DNA from: Candidatus Multivoradales bacterium
Lineage (GTDB): Bacteria > Acidobacteriota > Thermoanaerobaculia > Multivoradales > JAHEKO01
Length of the DNA: 64,000 bases
Assembly (NCBI GenBank): GCA_965223155.1
Contig: CBDCVR010000014.1
Location: forward strand, 256,001 to 320,000
Reading direction: 5' to 3'
This document shows, piece after piece, positions 10,415 through 19,779 of the stretch; position 1 is the first letter of the stretch; each line of letters starts with the position of its first letter. Both the position numbers and the translations under genes were made by a program. A model generated the notes under the pieces. That model was not told the origin of the DNA, did not search any database, and was given only the letters and a program-made list of their open reading frames with translations.

Positions 10415-12130
10415 ATGAGACGGGTGGTGGTGATTGGCGCCAGCATAGCAGGCGGCATGGCCGCCTCCTATCTCAAGGTCCGCTCGCCCGATCTGGACGT
10501 CGTCGTCTTAGACCGCGACCGGCGCGAGGCGCCCATCGTCGGCGAGTCCCTGACCGAGCTGAGCACGCGCACCCTGCACGAGATCGGCCTTGCCTCGCAT
10601 TTGGAACGGCACCAGTTGCCCAAGTATGGGCTCACCTTTCACTTCCGGGAGTCGGCCGGCGCAGCTCATGGCCGCCGCTACGCCACCCACGAGGCGCCCC
10701 GGTTGCCGCCGATGCCGTCGAATCAGATCAACCGATTCACCTTCGATCGCCGGTTGCGCCGGCGCGCGCGCGAGTTGGGCGTGCGGATCCTGGAAGGCAC
10801 CGCCCGGAACGCCCGCTTCGGCCCTGACGGAGAGCACCGGATTCGGTACGTGGACGGCGACGGGGGCCAGGCCGAGCTCGAAGCCTCCTGGGTTCTCGAC
10901 GCCAGCGGCCGCAACCGCTTTCTGGCCCGAAAGCTCGGCCTGCGCCGGGAGTCGCGGCTTCAGCGCTCGGTCTTCTGGTTCCGTCTCCAGGGATTCGAGC
11001 GAAGCGCTCTCGACGAGCTGCCCACGGTCAAGCCGCCCCAGCACTGCTTCGACTCGTACTACGCAACGCACCACTTCTTCGGCAGGCACAACTGGGTCTG
11101 GGCGATTCCGCTGCACCCGGGACCCGACGGCGAGGAGCTCATGAGCGTCGGCATCGTCTACCGCCCGGACCTCTTCGCGGGCGAGATCTCCTCGGTCCAG
11201 GACTTTCTCGATCAGGTCGATCAGGAGCATCCTGCGCTGGCGCGACTGGTCCGAAGCGGCCGGGTTCTGGACACCAACGCCTACCGCAACTACCTCTACG
11301 AATGCAGCCGGTGCTACGGCGGCGAGGGCTGGTTCCTGGTGGGCGACGCCGGCGACGCGGTCGACCCCCTGTACAGCACCGGGCTGGCCCTGACCGCGCT
11401 GCAAATCCGGCAAGTGGCGGCGGTGATCGAGCGGGCTCTCTCCGGACGACCCGTGGCCGGACTCTGCCGGGACCTCGAGGCCGCCTACAAGGCGGTCCGG
11501 GACGCTCTACAGAACGAGATCTCGTCGCTCTACGAAGTCATGGATGATCCCTATCAGAGCCACCTGCGCATGCACCTGTCGTCGGCCGTCTATTTCTTCT
11601 TCTTGCTGCCGTTCTGGCTCACCGGCTATGCCACCTCCGGCCCGGAGGCTCGCTTGACGGCCCGCCTGCTCGAGCGCGAGCAGGCGCCGTTCGAATCGCT
11701 GCGGACGCTGCTGGCCAAGGCCTCCGCGCGCCTGGGTCCCCAGCCGGCCGAGGCAATTCGCAACCGGTACCAGGCAACCGTCAATTGGGATCTCTCCGGC
11801 CCTTGCGAGCGCGAGCTCCCCCGCTACCTGGCGCGGTTGTGCCGGCTTTGCGCCGGCGTCCGGTTCGAGGCCCTGCGGGCTTCGGGATGGCACCGCTGGT
11901 GGCACCATGTACCGCTGGCCGTCGCCGACCTGGCCAAGGCCGCGGTTCTGGCCGGTCCCCTGCGGCGCGTCCGTCTCGGCCGGCTCGCCAGCCTGGCCGG
12001 CCCGTCTCGAGAGCCAAGCCCTTCCGCCCACCCTTCTCCCCGGCTCCAGCCCGCCCGAGCGATCGGAGCCAGAGGAGCCAGAGGAGCCAGCGGAGCCGCC
12101 GGAACCGCCGGAACCGCCGGAGCCGAGTGA
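10415..12130 (+). CDS. Flavin-dependent halogenase-family protein
   Basis: Rossmann-like VVIGASIAGG, GESL, DASGR, the WVWAIP (WxWxIP) halogenase motif and GDAGDAVDPLYSTG. Confidence 0.8.
   Translation: MRRVVVIGASIAGGMAASYLKVRSPDLDVVVLDRDRREAPIVGESLTELSTRTLHEIGLASHLERHQLPKYGLTFHFRESAGAAHGRRYATHEAPRLPPMPSNQINRFTFDRRLRRRARELGVRILEGTARNARFGPDGEHRIRYVDGDGGQAELEASWVLDASGRNRFLARKLGLRRESRLQRSVFWFRLQGFERSALDELPTVKPPQHCFDSYYATHHFFGRHNWVWAIPLHPGPDGEELMSVGIVYRPDLFAGEISSVQDFLDQVDQEHPALARLVRSGRVLDTNAYRNYLYECSRCYGGEGWFLVGDAGDAVDPLYSTGLALTALQIRQVAAVIERALSGRPVAGLCRDLEAAYKAVRDALQNEISSLYEVMDDPYQSHLRMHLSSAVYFFFLLPFWLTGYATSGPEARLTARLLEREQAPFESLRTLLAKASARLGPQPAEAIRNRYQATVNWDLSGPCERELPRYLARLCRLCAGVRFEALRASGWHRWWHHVPLAVADLAKAAVLAGPLRRVRLGRLASLAGPSREPSPSAHPSPRLQPARAIGARGARGASGAAGTAGTAGAE
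12066..12127 (+). repeat. Degenerate 9-nt tandem repeat in the halogenase 3' end
   Basis: GAGCCAGAG / GAACCGCCG-type units, about seven copies, encoding GARGARGASGAAGTAGTAG. Confidence 0.7.
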
Positions 12131-12201
12131 AGTGCGTCGAGCTCGGCATCCGTCGCTGGGGCCGCGGGCAGAGTCCACCACGGGCGGATCCTGGTAGAGC
12201 G

Positions 12202-13068
12202 ATGTCGCTGGTCGGCACCATCCTGCGAGAGACCTTCGCTCGACGGCCGCTGGACCGCGTTCCAGAGCCCGAGCTGGTGACGACCGCGCCCGACGCGGTC
12301 TCGGCCTTCGCCGCGGCCGGGCGGGCGGGCGGCGTCCTGTCCGGTGTCTACGCCTTCCTGGCCGAACAGGCCGGACGCTTGATCCGGCCCGGCGACCGCG
12401 TCCTGGATCTGGGTTGTGGTCCGGCCACGCTCTTGAGCGACATCGCCGGCCGCCATCCGCGGGCCGCCTTCGTCGGCGTCGATCTGTCCTCGGAGATGAT
12501 CGAACGGGGCCGGCGCGAGCTCCGCACCCACGGCCGAACCAACGTCGAGCTCCGAGTCGAGGACATGACACGGCTGGACTCGACCGCCTCCGGCTCGATC
12601 GACGTGGTGCTTTCCTCGATGGCCTTCCACCATCTCGCCGGCGACGCCGATCTGCGCCGCTGCCTGGCCGCGGCCGCGCGCGTCATGAAACCGGCGGCCG
12701 AGATGTTCGTCGCCGACTTCGGCCGGCTCGGAAGCGCGCGCTCGATCGACTATTTCGTGCGGCGGGCCATCCCCGCCGGTGAGGATGAGCTCGCCCGCGA
12801 CTACCGCGCGTCACTCCACGCGGCGTTCACCCCGGCCGAGCTCTGGAGCTCCGTGCCCGCCGCGCTCCGGCCTCGCCTGGCTGTCTACTCGACCGCGGTA
12901 AGTCCGATGATGGTCGCCTTGCGAACCCGGGGCACCGGCGGCCCGACGCCGGCTCGAACGGCAAACGGCGACCGGAACGAAAAGCGGTCCGGGAACCTTC
13001 CTTGGAGGCGCCGGCTCGATTACTGGCAGCTCCGGCTCTTCTTCCGCATGGGAGGGCTGCCTGGCTGA
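12202..13068 (+). CDS. Class I SAM-dependent methyltransferase
   Basis: VLDLGCGP, GVDLSSEM and SMAFHHL motifs; the stop overlaps the next ATG (TGATG). Confidence 0.9.
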   Translation: MSLVGTILRETFARRPLDRVPEPELVTTAPDAVSAFAAAGRAGGVLSGVYAFLAEQAGRLIRPGDRVLDLGCGPATLLSDIAGRHPRAAFVGVDLSSEMIERGRRELRTHGRTNVELRVEDMTRLDSTASGSIDVVLSSMAFHHLAGDADLRRCLAAAARVMKPAAEMFVADFGRLGSARSIDYFVRRAIPAGEDELARDYRASLHAAFTPAELWSSVPAALRPRLAVYSTAVSPMMVALRTRGTGGPTPARTANGDRNEKRSGNLPWRRRLDYWQLRLFFRMGGLPG

Positions 13069-14672
13069 TGGCTCGTTCGCGGGAGACGGGACCTGGCCGA
13101 GACGCGTGGCGGCACGCCATCCGGTGCTGGCGCGAGGCTCTCGGCGCGCACCGCCTCGACCGGAACACCGAGCGCTACAACCGAGACACCGGCTCTCGAA
13201 CCGGCACCATCCCCGTGGCTCTGCGCCCGGCCAAGATCGCGCACGTCCAGGCCATCCTCGAGATCGCCAATCGGTTCTGCGTCCCCGTCTATCCGGTGAG
13301 CACCGGGCACAATTGGGGCTACGGCACCTCGGTGCCGGTGCGCTCGCCAAGCGCCATCATGGACCTCGGGGGCATGCGTCGCATCCTGAGCTTTGACACC
13401 GCTTTGGGGGCGGTCACCCTCGAACCGGGGGTAACGCAGCAGGGACTTCGCCGCTACCTCGATCGGGAGGCCCTGCCCTTCCTGGTCCCGGTGACCGGGG
13501 CCGGTCCCGATTGCAGCGTCCTCGCCAACGCTTTCGAGCGGGGCTTCGGCATCACGCCCGTCGTGGATCACTTCGCGGCCGTCCTCTCCCTGCGCGCCGT
13601 GCTTCCGGACGGCTCCCTCTACGAGTCGCCGTTCCGCAGTTTTCCCGGGGCGGGCACGGCCGCAGCCTATAAGTGGGGCACGGGTCCCCACCTGGACGCA
13701 CTCTTCTCGCAGTCCGGTCTCGGCATCGTGGTGGACGCCACCATCGCACTCAGGCCGAAGTCCGATTGCCGGGCCGCGCTTCTCTTTACGCTGAGCTCGG
13801 GCGACCGGTTGGAAGCCGCCAGCTCGCGTGTCGGGGACCTGCTCGAAGCCGCCGGCGGCCACGTCGCGGCGGTCAACCTGATGAGCCGCGGCCGCCTTCT
13901 GGCGATGGCCCGGGGCGCCGGACGCCTTCGCGGCTCGCAAACCGAGGCCGAATCCCCGGATCCGCCGGGTGGCGCCTGGTTCGGACTCGGCTCGATCTAC
14001 TGCCCGCGTACCGCGCTCCGCACCACCCGGCGCCTCATCCGGCGCCACCTAGGCGGGTGCGCTTCAAACCTCCGCATCCTGACTCCGGGCCGCGCCGCGA
14101 TGCTGGCGCGGCTTGGAGAGTTGGGCGGACGGCTCGGCCTTTCCCGGTCGAGCGCGTCCACTCGACAGATCCGGGCCGTCTTCGACATTCTCGACGGCCG
14201 GCCCACGCGGTTCGCCCTGCCGCTCGCCTATGCCGGCTCGGGCGCCGCCGCCGACCGCACCGATCTCGACCCCGCCCGGGACGGCTGCGGCCTTTCCTGG
14301 TACTCCCCGATCGTGCCGTCCCGCCCCGGCAACGTGACGCGGTTCGTGCAGCTGGTGGCGGCCTGCTGCTCGTCCTTCGGCTTCGCGGCCCCCATCACCT
14401 TGACCACGCTCTCGCCCCGGACATTCGCCGCCACCGTGCCGATTCTGTTCGATCGCGAGGATCCCGCTGCCGAGCAGCGGGCGCGGGACTGCCTCGAAGC
14501 GCTATGCGACCGGGGCCTAGCCGAAGGCTTCGTACCGTACCGGCTCGGTCCGCAGCTCATGAATCGCTTCCTGCCTGGGAGCGGGGCGGGACCGCTTGCC
14601 GCCCGCCTCAAGGAGCTGTTGGACCCCAACGGCATCCTGGCGCCGGGCCGATACGCCAGGGCCGAGCCGTAG
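13068..14672 (+). CDS. VAO/PCMH-family FAD-binding oxidoreductase (FeeG-like)
   Basis: PVSTGHNWGYG, LEPGVTQ, GPHLDALFSQSGLGIV and C-terminal LDPNGILAPGRY, as in p-cresol methylhydroxylase-type flavoproteins. Confidence 0.85.
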   Translation: MARSRETGPGRDAWRHAIRCWREALGAHRLDRNTERYNRDTGSRTGTIPVALRPAKIAHVQAILEIANRFCVPVYPVSTGHNWGYGTSVPVRSPSAIMDLGGMRRILSFDTALGAVTLEPGVTQQGLRRYLDREALPFLVPVTGAGPDCSVLANAFERGFGITPVVDHFAAVLSLRAVLPDGSLYESPFRSFPGAGTAAAYKWGTGPHLDALFSQSGLGIVVDATIALRPKSDCRAALLFTLSSGDRLEAASSRVGDLLEAAGGHVAAVNLMSRGRLLAMARGAGRLRGSQTEAESPDPPGGAWFGLGSIYCPRTALRTTRRLIRRHLGGCASNLRILTPGRAAMLARLGELGGRLGLSRSSASTRQIRAVFDILDGRPTRFALPLAYAGSGAAADRTDLDPARDGCGLSWYSPIVPSRPGNVTRFVQLVAACCSSFGFAAPITLTTLSPRTFAATVPILFDREDPAAEQRARDCLEALCDRGLAEGFVPYRLGPQLMNRFLPGSGAGPLAARLKELLDPNGILAPGRYARAEP

Positions 14673-14768
14673 GCCCGGCCGCGCCGCGCCGGCCCAGGTC
14701 CTCCGCCTTCTCCCGCGCCCCTCTCGGAAGACCGGTAGACCCGCCGCGCCAAGGCGGGATTGGCAAAT

Positions 14769-14785
14769 TAGCAGTACCGGAGAAG
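14769..14785 (+). promoter_or_regulatory. Cluster motif copy (TAGCAGTACCGGAGAAG) with -10-like TTCAAT 20 nt downstream
   Basis: Consensus match upstream of lipoprotein B. Confidence 0.65.
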
Positions 14786-14862
14786 ACGTTTTCCGGGCCC
14801 TGGGCTTCAATGACAGACACCCTCAAAGCTCTGGCTTCATTACGGACTCAAGGAGACGAACA

Positions 14863-15822
14863 ATGAAAGGCTACCTACGCGCTGCTTCGATCTGTTTGCT
14901 GGCAACGGTCTTCGCGACCGGGTGCCAAAGTCTCGATTCAGGATCCACGGTGGAGAGCCGCCCGAGCGCGAGCGAGGCGGTCGGCACCCTCGCCACCATC
15001 TTGAACGTGGAGCTCGAAGCCTGTGAATCTCGGATCCCGGCCGTCGCCCAAGAGAGCGTCACGACGTTTTCGGAGGATCGGATCAAGAAGACGCTCCACG
15101 GCGTTTGGAAGGGCCGGGTCTCCGGCGAGTACGACGAAAAGTTTCTTGCCGAGGACGGGTACCTGAACGTCGACTACTACATGGTGGTGGATACCGAACG
15201 CTCCGAGGTTCTCGTGATCGAACAGTTCTCGGACGAACGTTCAGCACCCGAGGCTTCCGCCGAGCTCCGCGCTGCCGGCAAGCTGCCGGTCTGGTCGTAT
15301 CTGATGTGCGGCAAGGAACAGTACAAGCCAGCCCACCCGCGGCAGATCCACGAGTTCCAGAAGGTTTCGAACGACACCGACGACGCCCGCGGCCTGCTGG
15401 GGAACTCGACCGGGCTCCGCATCGCCGATGCCGACTTCAAGGAACGCGGCCTGGTGATCTCCGACGCCTGGGAACAGCTCGTCGCCGGTCAGTACTTCGA
15501 CAACCGGCGCTTCCCGGCCTACGCCGGGGGCCTGTTCAAGCCCTTCGAGATCCGAAACAAGGTCAACGACCGGGGCGTCGGCGTCTTCGAGATGCGCTTC
15601 GACACCGAGCTGCGCGGCGGCGGCGGCACCGCCGCCGAGTTCGAGTCGGGCGTCCCCATCCACGGCTGGGAGACGGGCCAGTTCGTCGGCGTCTCGACCG
15701 GATCAGGAGACTTCTTGATCGCCTCGGCCAGCAATGGGGCCGAGTGGAAGAAGGTCTCCACCTCCGGCGGCATCATCGACGTGTTCTTCGAGAAAGTCGT
15801 CATCGGCCCGCTGGCCGAGTGA
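14863..15822 (+). CDS. Lipoprotein of unknown function (paralog B)
   Basis: AAGGAG RBS, ATG at 14863, lipobox VFATGC; shares motifs with 5854-6864. Confidence 0.8.
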   Translation: MKGYLRAASICLLATVFATGCQSLDSGSTVESRPSASEAVGTLATILNVELEACESRIPAVAQESVTTFSEDRIKKTLHGVWKGRVSGEYDEKFLAEDGYLNVDYYMVVDTERSEVLVIEQFSDERSAPEASAELRAAGKLPVWSYLMCGKEQYKPAHPRQIHEFQKVSNDTDDARGLLGNSTGLRIADADFKERGLVISDAWEQLVAGQYFDNRRFPAYAGGLFKPFEIRNKVNDRGVGVFEMRFDTELRGGGGTAAEFESGVPIHGWETGQFVGVSTGSGDFLIASASNGAEWKKVSTSGGIIDVFFEKVVIGPLAE

Positions 15823-18269
15823 CCCGGACGCCGCCCGCCGGCCTTCTCCCGAACTCCCGACTCCGGCCCCACGGGCGGCTCATCCGCTCGTGGGGCGGCG
15901 TCGTAACGCTCGCGCTCGCGCTGCCGGCCGGAGCGCTTCTCGGCATCGCCTCGCCTCGCGCGGGACTCGCTACCGAGTCCCCACTCGACCTTCGCCGCGG
16001 TCGGGAGCTCTTCGAGACCACGATCCGGCCTCTCTTCTCGCGCCACTGCATCGAGTGTCACGGTAGCGCCAAGGCTCGCTCCGGTCTTGACCTCTCGACG
16101 CGCGAGACCTTGCTCACCGGCGGCGACCATGGTCCTTCCGTGGTGCCCGGAGCGCCGGATGCGAGCCCGGTTCTCGAGTACCTTCGCCACCGGGCCGAGC
16201 CGTTCATGCCGCCCGAGCGGCCACCTCTTCCCGAAACGGCGATCGAGGCCCTGGCCGACTGGATCCGGCTGGGCGCGCCCTACGGCAGCCGCCTGGGAAC
16301 GGCGGGGCCGTCTCCGGCAGGGTCCGGTGATCCCCTCGCCGGTCTGCCCGACGCCGAGCTCCCCGCGGGCTCTCTTGCCTCCGATGCCTCGGCTGTCTCC
16401 GTTGTCTCTGATGGTTCCAAGACCTCGGATACCCCCTGGGCCTTCGCGCCGCTTGCCAACCATCCCGACGGCACCACCCTTGACGGCCTGGTGGCGACCG
16501 GCTGGGCCGAGCGCGGCGCGACGCCGGCGCCCGAAGTCCCGAAGGCCGTGCTCGCCCGGCGCCTCCACTTCGACACCATTGGCCTGCCTCCGGCCCCAGA
16601 TGACCTGGCCGCCTTTCTCGCCGACGACTCCCCGGGAGCCTATGAGGCACTCGTGGACCGTCTCCTGGCCAGCCCCCACTTCGGAGAGCGATGGGCGCGC
16701 CACTGGCTGGACGTCGCGCGTTTCGCCGAGAGCCACGGCTTCGAGCACGACTACGACCGGGCCGGGGCGTTTCACTACCGCGACTTCGTCATTCGAGCCT
16801 TCAACGCCGACATGCCTTTCGACCGTTTCGTCCGCTGGCAGCTCGCCGGCGACGAGCTCGCACCCGAAAATTCTTTGGCTCTCGTGGCCACCGGCTTCTT
16901 AGCCGCCGGCGTCTATCCCACCCAGCTCACCCTGGCCGACGCCGAGAGGATCCGCTACGACGCGATGGACGACATGCTGGCGACGACCGGTGTCGCTCTG
17001 CTCGCCACGACCATCGGCTGCGCCAGGTGCCATGACCACAAGTACGACCCGATCTCGGCCGACGAGTACTACGCGATGTTGAGCGCCTTTACGACCACGA
17101 TCCGGAGCGAGATCGCGGTGGACCTGCCGGCAGGGCCGGTGCCCGCCGCGTCCGTCGCCGCCGATCCCGGGGATCTCGACGGTGCGAGTCCGGGGGCTCC
17201 CGGCACGCGGGCTCCGACCAGGATCCTGATCGCCAGCGAAGGGCCGCATCTGCGGCCCCTGCCGCTGCACAAAAGCAACCGCTCGATCCCGGACTTCTAT
17301 CCCGCGACCTACCGGCTCCAGAACGGAGATCCCGCAAGCAAGCTGGGCGAGGCCCGCCTGGGCTTCCTCAGCGGCTTGACTCGTAGCCCGAACCTCGGAC
17401 CGTGGCGCGCTCCCTCCGCCGACGCCAGGACCTCAGGGCGTCGGGCTGCCCTCGCCCGCTGGATCACGGACACCGAAGCGGGAGCCGGACATCTGCTGGC
17501 CCGGGTCATCGTCAACCGCGTCTGGCAGCACTACTTTGGGCGCGGCATCGTGGCCACGCCTAACGATTTCGGCGCCCAGGGGGCTCGGCCCACCCACCCC
17601 GAGCTGCTCGACTTCCTGGCCCGGCAGCTCATCGACTCCGGCTGGCGGCTGAAGCCGATCCACAAGCTGGTCCTGATGAGCCGGCTCTACCGCCTGGGGC
17701 CGCATCCCGACCGACCGGGTCCGGGCTCGAGCTCCGAGCCGGAAGCCGGCCGCGAGGCCGAATCGGACCCCGACCACGCGCATCTGTGCCACCGTCACCC
17801 CCGGCGGCTGGAGGCCGAAGCCATCCGCGACGCGGCCCTGGCGGTTTCGGGGCTCCTCGATCGGAGCCTGTACGGCCCGGGGACCCTCGACGAGGCCGGG
17901 CGGCGGCGGAGTCTCTACTTCACCGTTAAACGCAGCCGGCTCGTTCCCAGCATGCAGATCCTGGGCTGGCCGGACACCTTGACCAGCCTCGGACACAGGA
18001 CCGTGACCACCAGCCCGAGCCAAGCTCTGCTGATGTTGAACCATCCGGCCTTCCGCGGCATGGCCCGGGGGTTCGCCGAGCGGATCGCAGCCAGTGCCGA
18101 CGTCATCGGCACCGCCTTCCTGACCGCCTTCTCGCGCCCGCCCTCGGCGCGCGAGCGGGCCTTGGCCGAGGACTTTCTTGGAGGCGCCGGCGGGGACGAG
18201 ATCCCGGATGCCCTGGTCGACTTCTGCGCCGCCCTCCTGGCCTCGAACGAGTTCGTCTATGTCGACTAG
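15819..18269 (+). CDS. Planctomycete cytochrome c / DUF1549 / DUF1553 protein
   Basis: CIECHG, FGERWARHWLDVARFAES, CARCHDHKYDP, ARVIVNRVWQHYFGRG, PTHPELLDFLA and LLASNEFVYVD; GTG overlaps the upstream stop (start approximate). Confidence 0.9.
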   Translation: MTRTPPAGLLPNSRLRPHGRLIRSWGGVVTLALALPAGALLGIASPRAGLATESPLDLRRGRELFETTIRPLFSRHCIECHGSAKARSGLDLSTRETLLTGGDHGPSVVPGAPDASPVLEYLRHRAEPFMPPERPPLPETAIEALADWIRLGAPYGSRLGTAGPSPAGSGDPLAGLPDAELPAGSLASDASAVSVVSDGSKTSDTPWAFAPLANHPDGTTLDGLVATGWAERGATPAPEVPKAVLARRLHFDTIGLPPAPDDLAAFLADDSPGAYEALVDRLLASPHFGERWARHWLDVARFAESHGFEHDYDRAGAFHYRDFVIRAFNADMPFDRFVRWQLAGDELAPENSLALVATGFLAAGVYPTQLTLADAERIRYDAMDDMLATTGVALLATTIGCARCHDHKYDPISADEYYAMLSAFTTTIRSEIAVDLPAGPVPAASVAADPGDLDGASPGAPGTRAPTRILIASEGPHLRPLPLHKSNRSIPDFYPATYRLQNGDPASKLGEARLGFLSGLTRSPNLGPWRAPSADARTSGRRAALARWITDTEAGAGHLLARVIVNRVWQHYFGRGIVATPNDFGAQGARPTHPELLDFLARQLIDSGWRLKPIHKLVLMSRLYRLGPHPDRPGPGSSSEPEAGREAESDPDHAHLCHRHPRRLEAEAIRDAALAVSGLLDRSLYGPGTLDEAGRRRSLYFTVKRSRLVPSMQILGWPDTLTSLGHRTVTTSPSQALLMLNHPAFRGMARGFAERIAASADVIGTAFLTAFSRPPSARERALAEDFLGGAGGDEIPDALVDFCAALLASNEFVYVD

Positions 18270-19779
18270 GCAGGATCCCGCCGGCGAGCGGCACGAGCAC
18301 TGCGGCCGGATCGCGCCGACCTTCACCCGCCGGGAGGCCCTACGCCTGGCGGGCGGCGGCATGGGCATGCTGGCGCTCAACACCCTCCTTGCCCAATCCG
18401 GCCTGGCCACCCCCGGCCTGGCCACCCCCGGCTCGGCCACACCCGGCTCGGCCGTCGCGGCCCGGCGCCCGGCCGGGTCGCGGAATTGGTCCGCGCGCGC
18501 GGATTCGGTGATTTGGCTCTTCATGAACGGCGGACCGAGCCATCTCGACACCTTCGACTACAAGCCTGCTCTAGCCCGGGCCACCGGTCAGACGCTCGCC
18601 GGCTTCGACAACGCCACCGCCTTCTTCGACCAGCAGGTAGGGCCGCTCCTCGGATCACCCTTCCCTTTCCGGCAGCACGGTGAGAGCGGCGCCTGGGTCT
18701 CGTCCCTCTTCCCCCATCTCGCCCGGCAAGTGGACAAGATCGCGTTTCTCAAGTCCTTTCGAACCAGGACGAACAACCACAGTCCCGCCATGTTCATGGC
18801 CAACACCGGCGTGCCGCGCATGGGCAGACCGTGCGTCGGAAGCTGGGTGACGTACGGTCTGGGCACCGAGAATCGAAACCTGCCGGCATTCGTGGTCATG
18901 AGCGACCCGCTGGACCGGGGCCTGCCCAAAGGCCACGCCGCGAACTGGAGCAACGGCTTCCTGCCCGGCGCCTACCAGGGGGCCTGGCTCCAGCCGAAGG
19001 GGGCGCCGATCGCCAATCTCGATCGCCCGGCCGGCCAAAGCGACCGGCGCCAGCGGCGTCAGCTCGACCTCTTGCAGAAGCTCAACGCCCAGCACCATCG
19101 CCGGCGGCCCTTCGAACCGGACCTGGCGGCGCGGATCGAGAGCTTCGAGCTCGCCTACCGGATGCAGAGCGAAGCGCCCGACTGCTTCGAGCTCGACGGC
19201 GAGCCCGACTCCATCCACGAGCTCTACGGCACTCGGGACGAGCGCTGCGCCCACTTCGGCCGCCAGTGCCTGCTGGCGCGGCGCTTGGTGGAACGGGGCG
19301 TTCGCTTCGTCCAGATCTACTCCGGCGGCACCGCCAACTCGCGCAGCTGGGACGGTCACAACGACATCCGCAAGAACCACTCCCAGTTCGCCGGCGAGAC
19401 CGATCGTCCGATCGCCGGCCTGCTCGCGGATCTGGATCAGCGGGGACTGCTGGATCGAACCCTGGTGGTCTGGGGCGGCGAGTTCGGCCGCCTGCCGGTC
19501 TCCCAGCTCTCCGACGGAGAGCCCACCGGTCGAGACCACAACCCCCACGCCGGCTGCTACTGGATGGCCGGTGGCGGCATCCGCGGCGGAGTCTCGTACG
19601 GCGAAACCGATGAGCTCGGCCACAAGGCGGTTACCGATCCGATCGAGATCCACGACATCCACGCCACGCTCCTGCATCTGCTGGGCTTGGATCACGAACG
19701 CCTGACCTATCTCCACAACGGCCGGCGCTATCGCCTGACCGACGTCGCCGGCCGGGTGCTCCGCGAGGTCTTGGCCTGA
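18259..19779 (+). CDS. DUF1501 protein with Tat signal
   Basis: TRREAL twin-arginine motif; LFMNGGPSHLDTFDYKP, WGGEFGRLP, GRDHNP and RLTDVAG. Canonical partner of DUF1553 genes. Confidence 0.9.
   Translation: MSTRQDPAGERHEHCGRIAPTFTRREALRLAGGGMGMLALNTLLAQSGLATPGLATPGSATPGSAVAARRPAGSRNWSARADSVIWLFMNGGPSHLDTFDYKPALARATGQTLAGFDNATAFFDQQVGPLLGSPFPFRQHGESGAWVSSLFPHLARQVDKIAFLKSFRTRTNNHSPAMFMANTGVPRMGRPCVGSWVTYGLGTENRNLPAFVVMSDPLDRGLPKGHAANWSNGFLPGAYQGAWLQPKGAPIANLDRPAGQSDRRQRRQLDLLQKLNAQHHRRRPFEPDLAARIESFELAYRMQSEAPDCFELDGEPDSIHELYGTRDERCAHFGRQCLLARRLVERGVRFVQIYSGGTANSRSWDGHNDIRKNHSQFAGETDRPIAGLLADLDQRGLLDRTLVVWGGEFGRLPVSQLSDGEPTGRDHNPHAGCYWMAGGGIRGGVSYGETDELGHKAVTDPIEIHDIHATLLHLLGLDHERLTYLHNGRRYRLTDVAGRVLREVLA
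18398..18453 (+). repeat. 15-nt tandem repeat after the Tat signal
   Basis: CCGGCCTGGCCACCC-type unit, nearly four copies, encoding GLATPGLATPGSATPGSA. Confidence 0.75.

Noticed and set aside
15105-15818. N-terminal extension of the 1054-aa DUF1553 ORF
   Set aside because: It overlaps lipoprotein B in another frame and is Arg-rich noise; the real start is probably 15819 or later.
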